The notes under the pieces: generated by a model
What the model was told of the DNA's origin: nothing
Seen by the model: the letters and a program-made list of their open reading frames with translations, nothing else
The model's database searches: none
Origin: a virus
Lineage: Duplodnaviria; Caudoviricetes
IMG/VR virus record: IMGVR_UViG_3300048670_000442
Span: 1 to 32,691 of that record
Reading direction: 5' to 3' (one strand)
Length of the DNA: 32,691 bases
In this document: positions 26,322 to 32,691 of the stretch, piece by piece
Layout: every line of letters begins with the position of its first letter
How positions within the stretch are numbered: the stretch's first letter is position 1
Position numbers and translations under genes: made by a program

Positions 26322-26834
26322 ATGACATCGATTAAGGATCTCAAGCCTGACCATAGAAATGCTCGTAAACGTACTGATCGCTCTGCATCATTAATTGCAG
26401 AATCACTTAAACGGTTTGGCGCAGCGCGGTCTATTGTTATTGACGAAAATGGTCGCATCCTTGCAGGTAATGGCACGGTTGAAGGCGCTAAAGCAGCAGG
26501 CATTAGCAAAGTACGCATTATTGAAGCTGAAGGCGATGAATTAATTGCTGTTAAGCGATCTGGTTTATCTGAAGAGCAAAAAATTGGACTATCGCTTGCT
26601 GATAATCGTACTAGTGATTTAAGCGAATGGGACGCAATAATGCTAGAGCAGCTTAGTGAAACGCATGATATTAGCCCGTGGTTTGAAAAAGAAGATTTAA
26701 ATGCTATTTTATATAACAATGATACAGTTGAAACATCTGCTAAAGAATATGAAGGATCTAAAGAATTAGAGTCAGAAGCTTTTTCTGAGTTTGACAACAC
26801 TTGCCCTCGTTGTGGTTTTGAATTTGATTCATGA
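26322..26834 (+). CDS. ParB/Srx-like N-terminal domain protein with a C-terminal CPxCG knuckle
   Basis: IKDLKPDHRNAR...SLKRFG...IVIDENGRILAGNG...LADNRTSDLSEWD; CPRCGFEF. Confidence 0.82.
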   Translation: MTSIKDLKPDHRNARKRTDRSASLIAESLKRFGAARSIVIDENGRILAGNGTVEGAKAAGISKVRIIEAEGDELIAVKRSGLSEEQKIGLSLADNRTSDLSEWDAIMLEQLSETHDISPWFEKEDLNAILYNNDTVETSAKEYEGSKELESEAFSEFDNTCPRCGFEFDS

Positions 26835-27892
26835 CAATTATTAAACGTCCTTTTAGAGTCTACAATTCTTGGAAGTTATTAGATCTTGCTACTATTCCAA
26901 AAAATGGATTAACAGTTTTTAGCTGTTTTCATTGTGGCGGCGGATCTAGCATGGGCTACAAACTAGCAGGCTTTAATGTTTTAGGCGGTGTAGAGTTAGA
27001 CCCTGAAATTATGTCTATTTATCGGGCAAATCATTACCCTAAGTACAGTTATCTTATGGGGGTGCAACAATTTAATGAAATACCTTTAAACGACTTGCCT
27101 AATGAATTAAAAAATCTTGATATTCTTGATGGTTCGCCACCGTGTTCTGTTTTTTCAATGGCAGGTAAACGTGAAAAAAAATGGGGCGCTGAACATCATT
27201 TCCGCGAAGGCCAAACAAAACAAAAACTTGATGATTTATTTTTTGATTTTATTGAAATAGGTCGCCGGTTGCAACCTAAAATAATTGTAGCTGAAAATGT
27301 AAAAGGTTTAATTATGGGCAATGCAAAAGGATATGTTAAAGAAATTTTTACTGCTTTCCGTGAAGCAGGATATGATGCTCAATTGTTTTTGCTAAACTCT
27401 GCTTGTATGGGTGTACCACAAGCACGAGAAAGAACTTTTTTTATTGCAAGACGTAAAGACTTAAGTTTTTCATCGTTAAAACTTGCTTTTAATGAACCTC
27501 AAGTGCCTATTGGTAAAGCAATTGAAAATGTTGTTAATCACGGCAAAATTACTCAATTGACAGCAGAAACAAAAAAATTATGGGAAAAAGTTAAACCAGG
27601 TGAACCATTAAGCAAAGCGCATCCCAAAGGACACCGTTTCAACGCATACAAAGCACATCCTGGATTGCCATCTCGAACACTTGCTGCTGGCGGTGATGCA
27701 ATACCTATGCGATGGGACCAACCACGACGATTTAGTGAAGGTGAATTGAAAATTGTTCAAAGTTTTCCAGATGATTACAATTTTTTAAAAACTGAACCTG
27801 GTTATGTTATGGGCATGAGCGTTCCACCTTTTATGACTCAGCGAGTTGCTTTAGAAATTGGGCGTCAGTGGTTCAACCTGGAATATGACTAA
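26831..27892 (+). CDS. DNA cytosine-C5 methyltransferase
   Basis: Motif I FHCGGGSSMG, IV DGSPPCSVFS, VI ENVKG, VIII PQARER, IX-X QSFPDDY...GMSVPP. Confidence 0.92.
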   Translation: MTIIKRPFRVYNSWKLLDLATIPKNGLTVFSCFHCGGGSSMGYKLAGFNVLGGVELDPEIMSIYRANHYPKYSYLMGVQQFNEIPLNDLPNELKNLDILDGSPPCSVFSMAGKREKKWGAEHHFREGQTKQKLDDLFFDFIEIGRRLQPKIIVAENVKGLIMGNAKGYVKEIFTAFREAGYDAQLFLLNSACMGVPQARERTFFIARRKDLSFSSLKLAFNEPQVPIGKAIENVVNHGKITQLTAETKKLWEKVKPGEPLSKAHPKGHRFNAYKAHPGLPSRTLAAGGDAIPMRWDQPRRFSEGELKIVQSFPDDYNFLKTEPGYVMGMSVPPFMTQRVALEIGRQWFNLEYD

Positions 27893-28215
27893 TGGCAGCT
27901 AAACGCGGACCAAAAACTGAAACCATTGATCGTGCAGCACGATTTGCACGAATTATTGCTAATGGTGGCCGTCGGTCTGATTGCATCAGATATGCGAGCG
28001 AAAATTGGGGGATAGGCGAAGCAGCTTGCGGAAGGCTATTAGCAATGGCAAGGGACCAGTTAAAAGCTGATTGGGACATTGAACGCCCTCAAATGGTTGC
28101 TGACTTACTGAGTCAGCTAAGCACCTTACAGATGGAAGCTAGACGTGCTGGGCAGTTTCATATTGCTCTTGGCGCAATCAACACGGCTGCTAAATTAGCG
28201 CAACTTTGTTCATGA
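27892..28215 (+). CDS. terS: Terminase small subunit (putative)
   Basis: 107 aa helical protein with an HTH-like N-terminal half, immediately upstream of and overlapping the large terminase gene. Confidence 0.7.
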   Translation: MAAKRGPKTETIDRAARFARIIANGGRRSDCIRYASENWGIGEAACGRLLAMARDQLKADWDIERPQMVADLLSQLSTLQMEARRAGQFHIALGAINTAAKLAQLCS

Positions 28216-29561
28216 GTATTCTTGCTGCATTTCCAGTTGGCAATATTCTGCAACAAATGGATCATGGCAGCGGTAAAATTAATATGGAAGAGGTCTTAGG
28301 TCGTATACGAGCAGATTTGCACCCAGGGCAACTTGATTTTGTAAATGACCATACAACCCAAATCATTGGCGTATCAGCAGGCTATGGCGCAGGTAAGACC
28401 CGAGCGTTATGTGCTAAAGCGGTACATCTTGCAGCAGCCAACCAGGGCTTTATCGGTGCGGTGATGGAGCCGACCGGCCCATTGATACGTGATATTTGGC
28501 AAAATGATTTTGATGAGTTCCTTGAGGCGTATGGCATCCCGTACACTTTCCGCGCTAGCCCATTACCGGAATACGTGCTGCATCTACCGTTAGGTGATAC
28601 TAAGATCCTATGCCGCAGCTTTGAAAACTGGACACGTATTATCGGTTTAAACTTAGCCTGGGTATTAGCAGATGAGATTGATACTGTTGCACCATCTATC
28701 GCGAGTCGTGCATTTCCTAAAATCCTTGGTCGCTTACGTGCTGGTAATACCCGGCAATTTGCGGTGGCGTCCACTCCAGAGGGATTCCGCTGGATGTTTA
28801 ATACGTTTGCCAGTGAGGACGCATTATCACGTACTGATCGAAAGCTGATCAAGATGCGCACTGCGGATAATCCGCACTTACCGCCTGATTTTATTGAGCG
28901 GTTGCAGGCTAACTATGATCCAAACTTATTACGTGCATATCTTGATGGCGAGTTTATTAACCTTACGACTGGCACTGTTTACGACAGGTTTGATAGGGCC
29001 AAACATGTAGTAACGCAATTGCCAGATTACAGTGAAGAACCATTGCGTATTGGCGTTGACTTTAATATCGGCAACATGTCGGCGGTTATTGGCATTCGTA
29101 GCGGCAAAGGGTTAGTAATCATTGATGAGATCAGCGGTGCGCATGATACCGATGCATTAGGTGCTGAGATCCGCAGGCGATATCCAGCCCACAGGCTTTA
29201 TGGCTACCCAGACGCCAGCGGCGGTAATCGTTCTACGAATGCAACGCAAACCGATATTCAGATATTGGAGCAATATGGCATCAGCAACCAATCGCCTAAA
29301 GCCAATCCGCCTGTGCGTGATCGTGTCGCGGCAGTGCAGGCATTACTTGAAAACGGTAAAGGCGAGCACCGGTTGCAAATCAGCAACACCTGTAAACGCA
29401 TGATTGAATGCTTAGAGCTGCAATGCTATAGCGATAAAGGTGTACCAGATAAGGAAGGCGGGCACGACCACATGACAGACGCATTGGGATATCTAGTATG
29501 GCGTGAGTTCAACCCGCTGCATGCCGGGGCTGGACGCGGTACAGGCATTAGAATCTATTAA
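28212..29561 (+). CDS. terL: Terminase large subunit
   Basis: AGYGAGKT (Walker A), LADEID (Walker B), STPEG, GVDFN and DHMTDALGY (nuclease). Confidence 0.95.
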   Translation: MSILAAFPVGNILQQMDHGSGKINMEEVLGRIRADLHPGQLDFVNDHTTQIIGVSAGYGAGKTRALCAKAVHLAAANQGFIGAVMEPTGPLIRDIWQNDFDEFLEAYGIPYTFRASPLPEYVLHLPLGDTKILCRSFENWTRIIGLNLAWVLADEIDTVAPSIASRAFPKILGRLRAGNTRQFAVASTPEGFRWMFNTFASEDALSRTDRKLIKMRTADNPHLPPDFIERLQANYDPNLLRAYLDGEFINLTTGTVYDRFDRAKHVVTQLPDYSEEPLRIGVDFNIGNMSAVIGIRSGKGLVIIDEISGAHDTDALGAEIRRRYPAHRLYGYPDASGGNRSTNATQTDIQILEQYGISNQSPKANPPVRDRVAAVQALLENGKGEHRLQISNTCKRMIECLELQCYSDKGVPDKEGGHDHMTDALGYLVWREFNPLHAGAGRGTGIRIY

Positions 29562-29576
29562 CAAAAGGCCGGTTGC

Positions 29577-30962
29577 ATGTATTCAAGTCCGAACCTGTAC
29601 AGCCGGTCTAATGCTGACCGCAAGGTCACTCGCGTTCACGATGCGAATAGTGCATGGTATGCGCAAGAGCCGCATTGGATGCTGATTGAAGATTTGATGG
29701 GCGGCACCTACGGGATGAGGCGCAGGCACCGCCGCTACCTGCCGCAGGAACCACGCGAACAGGATGAGTCTTATGATAATCGCCTAGCACGTAGCGTTTG
29801 CCCGCCATATTATCAACGCTTAGAGCGCATGTTGGCAGGGATGTTAACACGTAAGCCCGTCAGGCTTAATGATACCAGCGACAATATACGTGAACAGCTA
29901 TTCGATGTAGATCTGCAGGGGAATGATCTAAATGTTTGGACTTTTGAGTCAGCCCGTAAGATGGTACGTTACGGCCACATTGGGACACTAGTTGATGCAC
30001 CATCAGATGGCGGCAGGCCGTACTGGTGCACCTACACACCACGGCAAATCTTAGGCTGGCGCACTGAAGCAAAAGACGGGCAGCAGCAACTTACAATGTT
30101 GCGATTGCTGGAATCGGTGATTGTGCCTGATGGTGATTACGGTGAGAAGGCAGTGCAGCAGGTTCGTGTCTTAACACCAGGCGCATACGAGCTACATCAA
30201 AAGCAAGATAATAGCGAGTTTAAAATTGTAGAAGAAGGTAATACAAGCCTTAGCGAGATACCGTTCAGCGTTGCATACTGCAACCGCGTTGGTTATTTAG
30301 AATCAAGGCCACCATTAGAAGATATTGCAGAACTAAACCTTAAGACGTATCAGGTGCAATCTGACCTTGACAACCAGCTACATATCTCAGCAGTGCCGAT
30401 GTTGGCATTCTTTGGCTTCCCGTCAGCAGCAGAAGAAGTATCAGCAGGCCCAGGCGAAGCTATCGCATTTCCCGCTGATGGTCGGGCCGAATACATAGAA
30501 CCAGGTGGTACCAGTTTTGAGTACCAATTTAAACGGTTAGAGCAACTTGCAGGGCAGATTAATGAGCTGGGTTTAAGCGCCGTACTTGGACAAAAACTCA
30601 GCGCCGAAACGGCAGAGGCAAAACGCATTGACCGCAGCCAAGGCGATAGCACCATGATGGTAATTGCGCAGAATATGCAAGATATGATTGATAACTGCTT
30701 ACGCTTTCATGCTGAATATCTCGGTACTGCTGAATCGGCTGGTAGTTGCTTGGTAAATCGTGATTTTATTGGCGCCAGGCTAGAACCTGCTGAGATCCAG
30801 GCATTACTACAGCTTTATACCGCTGGCACCATCACGCAAGAAACATTATTGCAACAGCTTAGTGATGGTGAAGTATTAGGCGATGATTTTGATGTAGAAG
30901 AAGAACTAAGCGCAACTGCTAATGGAGGGCTGAATGACGATACCGGCGGCCCTATTTCGTAA
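29577..30962 (+). CDS. Portal protein (DUF4055-type)
   Basis: Follows terL; YLPQEPRE...YDNRLARS, PPLEDIAELNLKTYQVQSD...LHISAVP. Confidence 0.88.
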   Translation: MYSSPNLYSRSNADRKVTRVHDANSAWYAQEPHWMLIEDLMGGTYGMRRRHRRYLPQEPREQDESYDNRLARSVCPPYYQRLERMLAGMLTRKPVRLNDTSDNIREQLFDVDLQGNDLNVWTFESARKMVRYGHIGTLVDAPSDGGRPYWCTYTPRQILGWRTEAKDGQQQLTMLRLLESVIVPDGDYGEKAVQQVRVLTPGAYELHQKQDNSEFKIVEEGNTSLSEIPFSVAYCNRVGYLESRPPLEDIAELNLKTYQVQSDLDNQLHISAVPMLAFFGFPSAAEEVSAGPGEAIAFPADGRAEYIEPGGTSFEYQFKRLEQLAGQINELGLSAVLGQKLSAETAEAKRIDRSQGDSTMMVIAQNMQDMIDNCLRFHAEYLGTAESAGSCLVNRDFIGARLEPAEIQALLQLYTAGTITQETLLQQLSDGEVLGDDFDVEEELSATANGGLNDDTGGPIS

Positions 30963-32184
30963 CGCGATTGATTTAAACCGCTACAGCAATAGTGTCGCTA
31001 AGCAAATAATATTAGTGTATAACGACATCATAATTGATGCTGCAAATCAACTGCAAAATTTGCTGCCAGATGCAGGCGGAGAAGGCAGGCTTACGATTGG
31101 TTCACCAGCCAAAGCAGCAAGGTTACGTGCGATACTTGCGCAAACTAAAGACAGCCTTAACACCTGGGCAGGTGATGCGACACAGCTAACGGCAACAGAA
31201 TTGCAAGGATTAGCGGAACTGCAATCTGATTTTGTTACCGCACAACTGCGCAAGGCATTACCGGCAGGCGCACGCAGCGCAGTCAATACCGTTGAGATCA
31301 GCCCGCAATTTGCGCAATCAGTAGTTACAACTGATCCGACACAAATAGGCGTGATAACGTTATCGGATGATTTATATGCTGCGGTACAAGGAGCACCGCA
31401 AACATATAGTTTAACGGCAACGCAAGGCACAATGATCACACTACCTAACGGTGAGGTAGTAAGCAAAGCATTCCGTGGTATTGCAGTTGATCAAGCTGAA
31501 CGGTTCGGGCAAGTGGTGCGTAATGGCTTGCTAACAGGTGAAACCACACCAAGCATTGCAAAGCGATTAATTGGGCAGTTGCAGTTTGGTGATTACGGCC
31601 CATTATCAACTGGGCAAGTAAGAGCAGCAGGAATATCGGTAAAACAATTGCTAGCCGCAGGCGGCGAACTAACTGCTGTAACTGACAACCAGATAATGGC
31701 GCTTGTACGTACAAGCATTAATCAAGTTGCTAATGCTGCCAGCCAGCAGGTATATGAAGCGAACCAAGATATAACTAAAAAGTATCGTTACATTGCAACA
31801 CTTGACACTAGGACTAGCGCTAGGTGCCGCGCATTAGATGGCCGTGAGTTTGAGTATGGCAAAGGGCCGATGCCGCCACAACATTTTAATTGTCGCAGTA
31901 CAACGGTACCAATCATTGATCCTGATATCTTGCCACCGTCAACAGTTGCAACACGCGCCAGTAAAGATGGCCCAGTACCAGTTAATACAAGCTATGGCCA
32001 ATGGTTAAAAGATCAACCGCGTTCAGTGCAGGAAGAAGTATTAGGTAAAGATAAAGTAGTTTATTTCAATAAATTAGCTGAAAAGCATGGCGCCCGGGAT
32101 GCCATGGCAAAGCTCGTACGTGACGATGGGTCGGAGCTATCATTAGATGACCTCCGCAAGCGTTACGGTGCCCAAAAAAGCTAA
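30934..32184 (+). CDS. Head morphogenesis / minor head protein (SPP1 gp7, Mu gpF family)
   Basis: ATLDTRTSARCRALDG...PPQHFNCRST. Confidence 0.9.
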   Translation: MTIPAALFRNAIDLNRYSNSVAKQIILVYNDIIIDAANQLQNLLPDAGGEGRLTIGSPAKAARLRAILAQTKDSLNTWAGDATQLTATELQGLAELQSDFVTAQLRKALPAGARSAVNTVEISPQFAQSVVTTDPTQIGVITLSDDLYAAVQGAPQTYSLTATQGTMITLPNGEVVSKAFRGIAVDQAERFGQVVRNGLLTGETTPSIAKRLIGQLQFGDYGPLSTGQVRAAGISVKQLLAAGGELTAVTDNQIMALVRTSINQVANAASQQVYEANQDITKKYRYIATLDTRTSARCRALDGREFEYGKGPMPPQHFNCRSTTVPIIDPDILPPSTVATRASKDGPVPVNTSYGQWLKDQPRSVQEEVLGKDKVVYFNKLAEKHGARDAMAKLVRDDGSELSLDDLRKRYGAQKS

Positions 32185-32341
32185 GCCTGGTCTTTACGCC
32201 AACATCAACGCTAAGCAAGAACGCATCAAGGCAGGCAGCAAGGAGCGCATGTCAGGCAAAAATGATCCTGATCGCCCTAGCGCAAGTGATTTTAAGGCAG
32301 CAGCCAAAACCGCCAAAAAGCCTAAACCAAAGAAAAAGTGA
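32168..32341 (+). CDS. Small, very basic protein
   Basis: GTG at 32168; KPGLYANINAK...KTAKKPKPKKK. Confidence 0.65.
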   Translation: MPKKAKPGLYANINAKQERIKAGSKERMSGKNDPDRPSASDFKAAAKTAKKPKPKKK

Positions 32342-32610
32342 TTACCTATCGCGGTGAGCAATTCGAGGGTTATAACAAACCCAAGCGGACACCAAAGCAT
32401 GAGAGTAAATCCCATGCGGTATTAGCTAAAGAAGGCGAAACCGTTCGGTTGATACGTTTTGGCCAGCAAGGTGTATCGGGCTCACCAGCAGCAAAAGGCG
32501 AATCAGCAGCAGACAAAGCTAGGCGTGCATCATTCAAGGCACGCCATGCTGAAAATATCGCTAAAGGTAAAATGAGTGCTGCTTATTGGGCTGACAAAGT
32601 TAAGTGGTAA
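32338..32610 (+). CDS. Basic phage head-region hypothetical protein
   Basis: GYNKPKRTP...LIRFGQQG...RRASFKARH...YWADKVKW; GTGA-coupled to the previous gene. Confidence 0.7.
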   Translation: MITYRGEQFEGYNKPKRTPKHESKSHAVLAKEGETVRLIRFGQQGVSGSPAAKGESAADKARRASFKARHAENIAKGKMSAAYWADKVKW

Positions 32611-32644
32611 CTGATAACATAAGATTGCAAACGATTTGCACAAA

Positions 32645-32691
32645 ATGACCGAAGAACAATCAACAGCTCCCGACACACAAGCAATCCAAGC
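32645..32691 (+). CDS. Start of a probable scaffolding protein (truncated by window edge)
   Basis: ATG at 32645 gives MTEEQSTAPDTQAIQ...; call rests on position before the expected capsid gene. Confidence 0.4.
   Translation, partial: MTEEQSTAPDTQAIQ

Noticed and set aside
26322-26834. Plasmid partition system
   Set aside because: Only the ParB/Srx N-terminal domain is present, with no HTH, ParA or parS; the context is DNA modification.

Overview
This window is most of the genome of a tailed (siphovirus-like) phage. A cyanobacterial host is likely, based on a cyanobacterial group-2-type sigma factor, an NblA-like gene and cyanophage-style fibre and lysin genes. Gene order is: end of tape measure, tail tip, tube-like paralogues, two fibre/receptor-binding genes, lysis and metallophosphoesterase/HNH (+ strand, 1-16.5 kb); then a minus-strand early/recombination block (sigma, SSB, HTH, Bet/RecT, RecE-like exonuclease, small early genes, VRR-NUC, helicase, HNH; 16.8-23.1 kb); then RHH regulator, primase-helicase, an iteron-rich origin, ParB-like protein, C5 methyltransferase, terminase, portal and head genes (+ strand, 23.2-32.7 kb). 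No integrase, major capsid gene, tRNA or CRISPR array was recognised. The most notable signals are: (1) a compact H-type RNA pseudoknot 6 nt after the stop codon of the first early gene, with a competing pairing and an open +1 frame into a membrane-anchored HTH gene; (2) an NblA-like gene with its own near-consensus promoter; (3) overlapping divergent promoters sharing one palindromic operator; (4) a convergent-iteron origin; and (5) a helicase/VRR-NUC junction that may be a frameshift fusion. All protein calls are by eye from motifs and synteny; no searches were run.
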